A stretch of DNA of 64,000 bases, from the NCBI RefSeq assembly GCF_021869535.1, contig NW_026262668.1, positions 55,366,001 through 55,430,000 of the forward strand, read 5' to 3'. Each line of letters opens with the position of its first letter. The first letter of the stretch is position 1. The position numbers and the translations under genes are program-made. The DNA comes from Mytilus californianus. Lineage: Eukaryota. The notes beneath the pieces were generated by a model, which saw nothing but the letters and a program-made list of their open reading frames with translations, searched no databases and had not been told where the DNA came from. This document shows positions 50,151 through 62,345 of the stretch, in pieces.

Positions 50151-51009
50151 TTATGTGTGTTTGATATTTGAACATATGAGGTTCAATATTCAGTACAACA
50201 AAGTTCAATTTTCGGGGCTAAAATTTTGTTCGGGTTTCAACATAGCCAAATACTTTAATTGAATTCTTTTTTATTTTTACTCATTTTTTACTTTAATTAA
50301 TAATATTCTTAATCGTGACCAATTCATCGATCATAGGCTTCGAGTTTGTCTTGTGTGAATACTTGATAGACTCGCATATTTTCCTTGACACGCAAATTTT
50401 AGCTTTTTGATACTTATTTACATAAAATTTTACCGATAACATTAAGTCAAAAAAGAAATCAAAGATAAAGATACGAAAGGAAAACAAAAACATTTAAGGT
50501 AAACGGAGTAATGACCATGTATCCATTTGAAGATATTTCTGTAGTAATAATTTATTTATAATTACTTCTTTCATGTTCCCTTTGCATCGAACTTGTTCCA
50601 AATTAAATGTTTATCAAACTCATTTGGATCCTGTTTGCTATTTTACATACTGTATTTAACAGCTATGTCTTGTTTTAAGATGATACTGGCTATGATAGCT
50701 TCCTCGGTAGCCTATGCATATCTTTAATTCCCTGCATATGTGTTCCATGTAGTTTGTACATATTCAGATGACACCAATAGTAGTTAGATAAGAGACTAAA
50801 ATTATGCCAATTACATTATCAGTACCAATTTTACTGTATGAAATCCGCATTACGACCATCGATGTCTTTTCGGAGATGTTCAAGGCCAAAATGTGTTGAA
50901 AGTCCAAACCTTTATACAAACGTTGAAGTTGGGGTGTAACTGTTGGCGTTAGTTTCCATTGTCGTACAGACACAGGTATGAGGGAGTGGACAGGGGGGGT
51001 ACCCTTCTC

Positions 51010-51062
51010 CCACCTCCCGCCCCCTATCTCCCACCTCCCGCCCCCTATCTCCCACCTCCCAC
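51010..51062. repeat. 21-bp tandem repeat (CTCCCACCTCCCGCCCCCTAT), ~2.5 copies
   Basis: Directly visible; explains ORF 50764-51105. Confidence 0.85.
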
Positions 51063-51424
51063 TTTTAGAATCTTTTTTTCTCTCCCACCTATTTTTTGTC
51101 AGCAATGAAAGCCAGGGTTTCAGAGTTACTGTAAAATTATCTACTTAAAAGGGGTGCAAATTATATTTGGATACATAAAAAATATCTGTTAAGAATATCT
51201 AAGTCTTTTTCCTTATGCAAAAGTATAAACAGCATTTGACTTCCTACCCTTTACACTAGTATTCGAAAGAATAGTTCAATAACAGTTCGAAAGAATTAGA
51301 CCTACCCTGTTTCATAAAAAGAGTGGACACTGTTGATTTAAATACTAGTATCTTGTTTTAGAAAGGGACGAATCATACTTTGAAAAAAAAATTTTTTTTA
51401 AATTCTTTGATACTAACATCATCA

Positions 51425-52230
51425 GAATGCTTGACTTGTTTATTTACAAAATAGTTGTTCCGTTCAACAAACAATCGGCATTCCTATGGAAACCAACTGT
51501 GCTCGTCTTCTTGTCGACTTGTTCTTTAATTCATATGAGGCAGACTTCATACAAGAGCTTCTCAGAAAGAATGAGAAGAAGCTAATTACATTACCATGTA
51601 ACTTAACTTTCCGCTATGTAATTGATGTCCTCTCACTAAATAATTCAAAGTTTGGTGACTGTTGAGCGCATCTATTCCAACAAGGTTGAAATAAAGGATA
51701 CAACAGATACAGTTAAGGTTGCCTCATATCTTGACTTACATCTAGACATTGACAATGAGGGTCGGTTGAGAACAAAAGCTTACGACAAAAGAGATGAATT
51801 AAGCTTTTCAATTGTGAATTTACCATGTCTATGTAGCAACATTCCTGTAGCACCTGCATAGGGAGTATATCTCCCAGTTGATGCTTTATTCCAGGGCATG
51901 ATTTTGCTATTATGATTTCGTTAATAGAGTGTTGCTGCTTACAAGGACGCTATTAAACCAATGGTTCTAATTGGTAGAGTTAAGGTAATCCCTTTCAAAG
52001 TTTTACGTACGCCATGAGTTGGTTGACAGTTATTGAATATGTGTCACAGATGACCACAGATATGTTCAAATTGTCGTAGCAACAATACTGTCCTATTTTC
52101 CTCGATTTTGTTATCGGCTTTTTACCGAATGCGTACTTACCATAAGCAACATGACGGGTGCCACATGTGCAGCAGGATCTGATTCCCATTCTGGAGATCA
52201 CATTTAGTTTTATGACGGGGTTCGTGTTCC
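51425..52230 (+). mobile_element. Decayed Penelope-like RT fragment
   Basis: QQTIGIPMETNCA, FRYVIDVLSLNN, ASYLDLHL, YDKRD, SNIPVAPA. Confidence 0.8.
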
Positions 52231-53214
52231 TCAAACTTTAGTTATGACGTAGACGATTATCTTTCTATCGTCTGTTCGTTATTGTAATATTGTTGTCGGT
52301 TTCTCTTCAACTTATTAGTTTTCATTGTCCCTGTGATATCTTCCGTCTCATTTTTGTCTATTTCAATTCCTATCATTTTATATATAATTGTTTTCTTGTT
52401 ATCATTAAAAAAAATAGAACTGTCCGCATAACGGGACTAATTCACATTATATCTACATTTTAGTTGTTGCACAATAGCAGATTGAAACTCGGTATCAAGA
52501 CAATGTTATTTCGAGATTTTTGTTTTTCAGCATGCTCATTTTATACATGCATTACGTTTGTGTGAGATTGACACATGGTATATAACTTGTAAGTCATCTG
52601 ATACAATTATACTATCAGACTCAGGAACAAAGTCTGAGGTTTGTATAATGTAAATTCAGAAATTAAGGCTTGTTTTATTATTGCAAATCTCTGACGACTG
52701 TCCAAAATGTGAGTTTTGATTAATGCGATTCAAGTCAATTAAAAAAAAAGAAAAAGAAAAAATTCAAAATGTGAGTTTTTCGAAATCAGACATAATAAAA
52801 AGTAACGATGTTTGGTGTTGACACCTTTTGACCCACTATATCTAGGAAAGGGTGTCAAATCCTTTACATAATTCTGAAAGCACGTGCAAAGCCAAATCCA
52901 ATGAAAAAAATCCCATCAAAATAAGATGAAAAATAAAAAAATCTATATGTTCTGGAAAAGTACGGTTTTTTGGCCCCTCTTTCTACAAAAGCTGAATTCT
53001 ATTGTCATGTCCTTTTTGTACACATCAAAACAACTATATTAATGAAAAGGTTTGTCGAAATCGAACTTACAATAAAGAAGTAACAGTGTTGGGTGTTGGT
53101 CCCGTTTGACCCCTTATATCTCGGAACCTGTAAAAGCTACATCAAATCCACATACCAAGTTTATTCGAAATAAGTTTTATCGTACCATTATGGCATAGTT
53201 ACGTCCCTGACACC

Positions 53215-53640
53215 AATCAGACAATGTTTCCTGTCACAGTGGGACAAAGGTCAAAGTAGCGGTCACAGTGACCTGACTTTGGTGTTGTACACACCCACTT
53301 CCCATGATGCATCCATATACCAAGTCTAGTCAACCTAAGATCTAAAACAGTTAAGCCCCGGACACGGTTTACAATCATAGGGGTCAAAGTCCAGGTCACA
53401 ATGACCTGGACTTTTGGTATGTGGCACACTTCCATCCCATGATGCATCTTCATACCACGTTTGGTAAACCTAGAAGTTCTACGGTACAAGTTATGCCCCG
53501 GACACGGTTTTACTAAAATAGGGGTCAAAGGTCAAGTTCAGAGTGACCTGACTTTGGTATATGACACACACCCAGTCCATCATTTATCTACATTCCAAGT
53601 TTTGTCAACCTAAGATTTACGATACAAAAGTTATGCGCCT
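53215..53640. repeat. ~140-bp-period degenerate tandem repeat (GTGACCTGACTTTGG)
   Basis: Motif at ~53268, ~53401 and ~53543. Confidence 0.65.
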
Positions 53641-53723
53641 GACACGAACTTTTAACAAACCAAATCGATGCAATTAGCTATTTAATACACTTTGAATCTT
53701 GATATGTAAAATTTTATTCAGAA

Positions 53724-53790
53724 ACATCTTATTTCATCCAAAGTCATTTCTTCTCCTTTCCTTTGAATATGACTCCTTCATTTACGATGT
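53724..53790 (-). promoter_or_regulatory. SECIS element of deiodinase copy 3
   Basis: ACATC-gtaa-ATGA-AGGAGTCATATTC-AAA-GGAAAGGAGAAGAAATGACTTT-GGAT-gaaataa-GATGT; AATAAA at 53713-53718. Confidence 0.85.
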
Positions 53791-54033
53791 CATTCTTTAA
53801 AATAAAACGTACAAAAAAGACACACATAAACAACTATGTGTTTTAAGAAAAAAATTCACAAATAAACGTTACCTTATTTAAATTATCTCGTATACTTATT
53901 TTCTTATTATTCTAAGACCAAAATGTTCTTCAGAAAATAATATCTAACAATCATTTTTTTGTTAATTTGCTAATATGCTAATGTTGAATGTTGGCCTCAA
54001 ACCTGAAGCTCAAGACTTTTAATTTTTTACATT

Positions 54034-54774
54034 TTACATTGTTTTCTGGTATACTTCTAACCAACCCTTTACGTCTTGAGGACTATAACATTGTGGACCG
54101 AGTCCGTTTGCTAAGACTACCTTTCTGTTATGGATGATGTAATATCGTTCGGGGAACGCACCATATGCCAAACATGTTTTATTATCCATGGTATCTACCA
54201 GTATCGGGCAGTCAATGCCTTCTTTACTGAGAAGTTTTGCCGCTTCAATTCTTTCCTCTAATGATTTATGCTGTAACATGTCTTCATATTTAGGACCACG
54301 GACGTTCCAGCCATCTAAAGGGTGTGCTTCTCTTACATAAATTAATACAAAGTCAGCAACAGAAGCAAACTCACGGATCATTTCCTTGAAACGTTCCAGG
54401 TCTGCTATAAAAGGAGGTCAGGTGCAGCTTCCGAAATTAATAATTAGCGGGCGTTGGGATTTTTCAAAGTCTAGAAGTTTGCTAAATGTCTTCGATTCTA
54501 CATTACATACTGTTGTATTAATTGCTGCTTTTCCAACTTCTGCTTCTTTGTATATAATTTCCCACAAATGTTTCTGGACTACTGTTTGAAAAGTTTTTAT
54601 GTTTGTGATTATTTGTAACTCTTGTCCGTACAATTGCTTTGATTGCACTGCCATTCGTCGATTCACAATTGTTCCTATACCAGGCAGCCATCGAAGAATC
54701 ATTACAAGTGTCCAAAAACTTACAATCTTGACAAAACTGACCAGAACAGTTAATTTATAAATGCACCCAGACAT
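54034..54774 (-). CDS. DIO: Iodothyronine deiodinase-like selenoprotein, copy 3 (246 aa, Sec at TGA 54418-54420)
   Basis: FGSCT-U-PPF, YVREAHPLDGW, VDTMDN, AYGAFPERYYII; colinear with copy 2, 741 nt. Confidence 0.95.
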
Positions 54775-55845
54775 TTTAGCTTATACTGGAATTCACCAAT
54801 GTATCTACAAATAAAATGATATGTTAAACTCAGCGCGAAATGAAATTCGAAGAAACAAAATAATTATATTTTAACTCGAGTCCAAAGACTTTTGGAATAG
54901 ATATTTATTTAGATGGAAAATTAGAACACAAAGAGATTAATGGCATTTTTGTTTTTTATACTGACTTTTTCAGCAAGAATATAAAGCAAGTCCGCTATCT
55001 TCTGCAGACTTGAAAAGAAAAGAAATGCAAATCAAAATCTAGCCGAGTTATTTAAAATTTTCTGAAACATTAAATGTTTATAATTATATTTTTTATAAAT
55101 CTAGGTCCAGCGATGTCGGCTTAAAACTTGTCTAGATGCATCGGTTTGTCTGTTCTCAAAGTATATAGTGTGGTGTAAACACAGCCATACTTTGTCAATT
55201 CCTTTTGATGAATCTAATCCATAATTTTACTTCAAATGCAGGAAACTCTGAATGTTCAAGTCTATATAAGATGTATCCAGCAAAGTATATATTAATAGAT
55301 ACTGGCGATCATACAGGTATACAGAACTTATTGATTTTGCTATTGCTCTGTGTCTTTTTTCGGGAATTTTTATAGACTGAAGTATACAAATAACTAAGTG
55401 TATGCAAAAAAATATCTATCTGACTCCAATTTCTTTTATAATTAAGAGGGGGGCAAGGGGGGTTCCAATAACAGCAAAACAGTTAATTGATTTGGCTTAA
55501 AACAGATTACAAGGAATTGAAAAGGGACAAAAACAGATAACAGTTAATGAAATATTAAAATCAGTCCGGTCCAGGACCAATCCAATAGATCTTATTATAT
55601 AACTGGTTGTATGGACCTATACCTATGCCTTAACAGAGACATATACATACATTTTAATTATGATCCTCATCATGTATCCTGGCCATATGTTTTTCTTTTT
55701 GTTATACATGTATTAATAATTGAATAGATTTGAATTTAATATGTACACATGCGGATACAAGGAACATTATCCCCATATATATGTAAAATTCAAATTCGAA
55801 CAATTCTTAATATCAAGAAAAAAGGAAAACATATGACTAGGGATA

Positions 55846-56324
55846 CAGTGGAGATCACTTCTAACCTCTCATTAGAACTGTCAGAATAATCTGTCATAGA
55901 ACTGTTCTAAACTGTTCTAGAACAGTTCTACCTATAACAGTTCTACCCTAGAACTATTCTAAGTAGAACTGTCAGGATCAGTTCTAGGGTAGAACTGTCT
56001 AAAACTGTTCTAGGTAGAACTGCCCAAATCAGTTCTAGTCGTAGAACTGACCAAAGATTTGGTCAGTTCTAGGTAAAACTGTCTAAAACTGTTCTAGGGT
56101 AGAACTGTCTAAAACTGTTCTAGGGTAGAACTGTCAGGATCAGTTCTAGGTAGAACTGTCTAAATCAGTTCTAGGTAGAACTGACCAAATCAGTTCTAGG
56201 TTAGAATTGTTCTAGCTAGAACTGTCTAAAAGGTGTCAGGATGACAGTTCTACATACTGTCCTAGAACAGTTCTCCTGGCAGATTCTGACAGATTTGATG
56301 AGACGTTAGAGGTGATCTCCACTA
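55846..56324. mobile_element. Tc1/mariner-type MITE filled with AGAACTG/CAGTTCT repeats
   Basis: TA|CAGTGGAGATCACTTCTAAC ... GTTAGAGGTGATCTCCACTA|TA. Confidence 0.82.
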
Positions 56325-56389
56325 TACCTGAAGAGGATAGGCCTAGGTCCATACGACCTTAACTGAAACATCTTTTATACATGTTGTGT

Positions 56390-57650
56390 ACAAGTCATCA
56401 TTTTGTACAAATTATGATTTGTACAAATTATAATTTGTATTTTGACTTTGTACGAATTGTAATTTGTACAAAAAGTGCATGTACAAATTACAATTTGTAC
56501 AAATTTCGACTTAAATTCCCTTAAAACTTGTACAATAATTTATAGTATGGATGTTGAATTTTTCTGAACAAAATTACTAGCTTCTGTTTTTGTTAAAGTA
56601 ATATTTTAAAATCAAGGGCATTTGATAGATCAATTTTTGTGGTTTGGTTTTTTTTCTTTCTTAATTTTCCGAGAAAATGAAGCCAGTGACGCCTTATATT
56701 AATTTTGATTTTTAGAACGTTTTTTTTTTCTTCTGATAAGCAATTTATAGTATGGATTTTGTTAAAAACATTGATGACCACATAATAAACTTTAGTTATA
56801 AAATACAAAAATACCCAGATGGAGACAGGAAATGTAATTGATACATGCATGCCAGCTACATGTACACTTAATTCTGATAATATAACAGAAATTGGCCCGA
56901 GTGATAATCTGGATGACACCAAGTAAAACAATATTGCATCTTATGTGAAATTATTGACTATGGAGAATTTGGGTACCGCATCGGAACAGCTGTTGAATTT
57001 ATAAAAGGACATTTTTCGAGAAATTAAATTGAAGCTGTTAGAGACACATCTTTATTTGCAACAACGATTTCTGAGCTTCAACTTGCGCTATGTGAAGCAG
57101 TCAAAAAGCCAATGAGACAACACTCCAAAAGAGACCAAATGACAAAGAAATTAACACCTATAGGCCAACATACAGCCTTCAACAATGAGCAAACCCAAAC
57201 GGCATAGTCAGCTATAAAGGCCCTGGAATGACAAATGTAAAACAATTCAAACGAGAAAACTAACGGCCTAATTTATCTACAAAATTAATGAACTAAAAAA
57301 AATATGTAACACAGCAACAAACGACAACCACTGAATTACAGGCTCCTGACTTGGGAAAGGTACATACAGAGTGTGGTGAGGTTAAACATGTTAATTGGCG
57401 CCCAACCCTCCCCTTTCCTGAAGGGACAGTGGTTTAACTGTACAACACAAGGTTTATTATTTGGTCATTGAATGAAAATTTTATAGTTTGTACCAATGCT
57501 TTTTTATAACAAAAGCAATGCTATAAGTTATTGTACAAGTTATAAGTGAATTTTAGTCACTTTTTGTACAAATTACAACTTGTACAAAAAATGTGTACAA
57601 AGTCAAAATACAAATTATAATTTGTACACATTTTTTTTGTGCAAAATGTC
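56390..57650. mobile_element. Foldback-like element with TTGTACAA-rich inverted ends and a nested SINE-like repeat
   Basis: AATTATAATTTGTATTTTGACTTTGTAC versus GTACAAAGTCAAAATACAAATTATAATT; nested repeat at 57100-57445. Confidence 0.6.
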
Positions 57651-58000
57651 ATCTAAACACATGTTCACAGACAATGGAATTACAAAGGATAATAATATAT
57701 TATATAAACCCCAATAGATATAAGAAGATGTGGTATGAGTCTCAATGTTCAATTATCTTCAAATTCTACCGAAGATTGGCTTTCAAAATGCTAACATTCC
57801 AATTTTCAATAACAGTTAACAAAGAATTAAATTGCCCCATAACAGCATAACAGTTAAACCCCTTGTCCCCCTCCAATTAACATAAACAAACGAATGCATC
57901 AATGTTTAATTGTAAGTATTCAGCAGTCAAAATAAATTTCAAAATTGTTCTATTATTTTAACAAAAGCAAAATTCAAGGTAATAGATAAAACCAACTTAC

Positions 58001-58130
58001 CACTACATTATCAATGATGTTAATGTCAAATCAGTGAATTTTAAAACTGAACAGTGTTTGTTTTAATCTGTGTATATCAAACAGGTAAAAGGTGGGACGT
58101 CTCTCCAGCATTTACGTGGATTTTGGTGTG
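58001..58130 (-). promoter_or_regulatory. Putative non-coding first exon of deiodinase copy 3
   Basis: Ends at GTAGTG|GTAAGT (GT at 57999-58000); acceptor TTTGTAG|ATACATTG at 54804. A TTTAAATA TATA-like motif lies at ~58152-58159. Confidence 0.6.
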
Positions 58131-59996
58131 ATATTTTAGGACAACAGAGAATTATTTAAAGTAGATACAATGGATAAGCGTTGGTTCGTTAAAATGATAC
58201 CACGTACCCTCAGGGTGAGTTTAGCGATGCAACGCTTATCCATTGTGTCTCTTATCTAAACTATTGTTTAAACGTCTTTTCAAAATTACAGTTCTTTCAT
58301 TAATTATGTCCTATTATCAGTGCGTTCAAATAACCACCTTATTATTTTTGATTGATTTTGTGATAGCGCTAATTTGTGTAAATTGTGCATCTTCATTTGA
58401 AACTATTTTTAAAAAGTATTTTTCTTTAACTTGATATTTTTGGACTTTCACTGACAAACTGCTCGGTCATAAAATGTCATTATATTGTTATACTAATTGT
58501 TATTTTATCGAAATCATTTGATTTGCACTATTTTTGTCCGTTAAGGTAATTTCATTAACATGTAACGATTTTTCTTTATAAAGATTTTTGTGTTATAAGT
58601 AACAATTAAGTGTCAGTATATTTTCACAAAGACGGAAAACTGTTTCAAGATAATACTTTTGATAAATAATAGATAAAGTCACAGCTTCACATAGATCTTA
58701 AGTTTTCTTACTTAAAGAATAATTAATCCTTTAGTCATTTCAATTAGAGCTTATTCAGCCTAAAACTCAAGCGACAGATTTTTGTTATATTCTTTTGTTA
58801 ATCCTTTAAGCTAAATGTATTATTTCAAAGACTCAGTAGGTAAATCTCAAGTCAAAGACCATGCGTTTACACGCAAACAATGTTCCGCAAATGTTAAAAG
58901 GTCAAATATTAGATCATCAACGAGGATGTTCAAAATCTTGGTACATAAAATTGCAGCAGGCCCGTGTTTTTGTGAAAATAGCGCATTTAATTAGTTATTG
59001 TACTGTTTTAAATTGTATGTCAGTTTTATTATCATAAGGCACGATTCCTAGTTTCATGTTAAAGCTAACAAAGCCAGTTCTATAATATTAGTATGCAAAA
59101 TACAGTCAGTCTAAATTTAGCATTGAAACTTACTGTCAAAATTCATATTTGGTAGTACAGGAGCTTAGATATATTGATATCTGTTTTATTAAGTAGAACC
59201 AGAGACATATATTGTATTATATGTCTCTGGTAGAACTAACATATTCAATCATTCTATTATTGTGTTTTGAGCTAATTTCCCCCGGTAATTCAATATTCAG
59301 TTTCCCCATTCTTTTATATATTTCAGTCATTAATAATGTTCAGATCATTATTCAGATTAAATGTGACTCTTGCTTGGCATGATCAAATGTTCAATAAGTT
59401 CATATGCATCGTTATAAAGAATCGTTTTGATTCTTGAAATCATCATATTCATATTTCATTTTATTTTTTATTGTATTCATATTTCATTCTATTGTGTATT
59501 GTATTATATATTATAGTTTTATGCTCTTGCAAAGTGACCGTCAATAACAAAAGTTCATATTCTTATTTGTCTGTATTTTTCCAGTCAACCAGTCAGCGGT
59601 TACCTGTATACCAATACACATCAGTCAGACATCATTGGTCACACTCAACATTATACAAACTTGAGTCGCAAGTCAATCATTCATCATCATTCCCCCAACC
59701 AAGCAACAAGATTACAGATTCACAAGAAACAACCATTAATAAGAAGCATACAGGTAGTGGACTCAATTCATGAAATATCACACTCAACGCCATTTAATTC
59801 ATTTACGGTATTTTTTAGATCAAGTTAAGTTTGAACTAGGAATGTCCAGGCTAAGTTTTCGACCCTGAAAATTCATCTATCCAATTAAGTTCCTGATTAA
59901 CTTTATCAAAGAATATCAAAATAAATTATATCCAGATATTTCTTCACTTTTCATTTTCCAAACTTTAAGGATGACGTAAACAACATGTACGTACTA

Positions 59997-60223
59997 TTTT
60001 ACATTTTTTTATTTGGAGTTTTGACACGATTATACTCTTTGTTTGAGCCACACAGTAAAGTGAAGTATGCATATCAGATCAGTTCTTTCATTACGTATCG
60101 TACGCATCGTATTCACGTAATTAAAGAACTGATCTGGTACGCATACTTCACTTTGTTTTTGATTTACTGTGTGGTTCAAACATAGAGTATTATCGTGTCA
60201 CAACTCCAAATATAAAATGTAAA
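59997..60223. repeat. Palindromic MITE, ~105-bp arms with a short loop
   Basis: TTTTACATTTT..TTTGGAGTT.TGACACGAT...GATCAGTTCTTT mirrored on the other arm. Confidence 0.8.
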
Positions 60224-61000
60224 ACAATATTATCCAAAAGAATGCTAAATTGCTAAAAATGGTATATCTCCATCCGAACGTTTTTAATTATTCCGTTTGA
60301 AAGAAGCGAATTATGTCACATATAACAGCATGATTAAGGGACTTGTTATGTGTAATAGACATTTTCGAAAGTCGTCTAAACTGACACTTACACCGATACC
60401 TACACTGACTACAAAAATAGAGGGACCGATCAAAATGTCGAAACATACTGAATGAATGACCTTGTAAAACTTGGTTGCAGAGGTAGAAAATAACTAGTGT
60501 AATTTTTCTTATACAATTTTTTTATTCGGAATTGAAGCTAGAAAACACTGAATGCTCTAGCTCATTAGTTTTGGATTATTCTAAATAATGAATTTGTGAT
60601 ATTCCATCTGTTTTATTTTTAATTGTCTCCGTTTGCAACTATTTAAACGGAATACAGTGTTGCATGTACGGTAGAATAAACAATTGTCGAATTTAATTGC
60701 TAGAAAGCATTCGGAACACTATGGAGACATCCAATGAACAAAAAATATTCCATTGGTGATATCTGAGCAGGCTTAGTTTATCGTCGACGTCAGCTGTTCT
60801 CCTAAATAAAGTATCTTATTTCTAAATAAGCAAGCTTAAAAAAAAATTTGTTATACCCCCTCCCTCTCCTCCAACAAAAATATATATTTGACGCGCAGCA
60901 ACATCGGTGTTGAAATGTGAAGTGGAAGTTTTATAAGAATTTTTCAATTCTACACCCAGGTACAAAATTCATAAGAAATTGATTCGTTTTCTTGGTGTAA

Positions 61001-61160
61001 TTAAGGAATGACTGTAATATTTTTTCTGTCTGTGAAGAAATAACATCAAAAATGTGGTGCACACTGAATAACCCGCGTAGCGCGTTATTTTACAGTGTGC
61101 ACCACATTTTTTATGTTATTTCGAATAGACAGAAAAAAATATTACAGTCATTTCTTATAA
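61001..61160. repeat. Near-perfect palindromic repeat, ~78-bp arms
   Basis: AATGACTGTAATATTTTTTCTGTC...GTGGTGCACACTG is mirrored; a second palindrome lies at 61972-62046. Confidence 0.8.
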
Positions 61161-62345
61161 TTTAATTCTTAATTCCATTTTAAACCGGAGTAAATGTTCT
61201 ACTCATTTACACACACACCCTTTGTTTTACAACGTACAATATTAAGATCGGTCAATTCTCAGCTACTAAACAGAGCCAATTAAGAAGCAAATCATTCAAA
61301 ACAAATGTAAATTAGAAAAAAATATTACACAAATGCTTGTGGTCGTTGTACACATTGAGATGACCCCTTCTCAAAAAGGTTTCCTGTCGTCATAGGCATA
61401 TGAAAATGTCTAACCGGATCATGCATGCCCATGCCCGATACCAAAATCCTTTAGATGGCAAGAGGGACTCCAAAGGTTAATTGAAACTTATACCACTATT
61501 AACAAATGAGTCATACGATAATATTGCATCACACGACGATTAATTTTGTGTTTCATATCCCCATTTCTTTTCAAAAAGGTTTCGCTTGTTCAGTCTAATT
61601 TCAGGGTTCAAAATATCATCCTCAGTGTTAGTCCAAATAATTATGACGTTTTGAAATGCTATTTCTGTTTTTGCTGTGGCGTCACATCAAAAAATAAAAT
61701 AGCCTTTAAAGATTTCACAATTATTTGGACTATCTCAATGTTCACCTTCAGTATTGAGCACACACTATAAATCAATCAAACCGGGAAAACAATGGTGGAT
61801 AATTTCATCAGAGATTTATTTGCATAGGAATGAAACTTACAAAATCTACTTTGGTTTTTCAATATTTCTCCAATTGAAAAAGTAAACATTTAGTACGTGC
61901 AAGAATAAAATATGCCCATGTCATTGTGTTGTTTAAGAATTGAATGTTTCTTTTTGTAAATTTATTGGGGTGTAAAAGCGTTGACCGAAGTACATTTTGT
62001 ATGAAGCGCTTCATTATAAAAATGTGCGCACGGTCAACGCTTTTACTAACTTATAAGATGACTAAAAGAAGCATTCAATACTTATAATTACATTTTTTTG
62101 CTAGGATCATGAAAACACGATTTCTATCAAGTTTTTCTTTAATTTACATGTGCACTTTATTGTGGAAGCTCGTGTCATCATGAATGTTACATTTCATTTT
62201 GAAATGAAGGTTAATTTCAGAATAATGCGAGATTGCTGTTACCCAATCAAAATAACGTATTATAATGAAACAGACGTGTAATGTAATTATTAGTTTTTAT
62301 TTAACAATATACGTCTTTAGATTATGTGGCAATGTACGATCTTTA

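Noticed and set aside
53230-53272. Additional CACAGTG heptamers
   Set aside because: They are embedded in the TGACCT tandem repeat, with no TIR partner or TSD.
59471-59773. 100-aa ORF or exon candidate
   Set aside because: Low-complexity AT-rich start, no recognisable domain and no partner exons.
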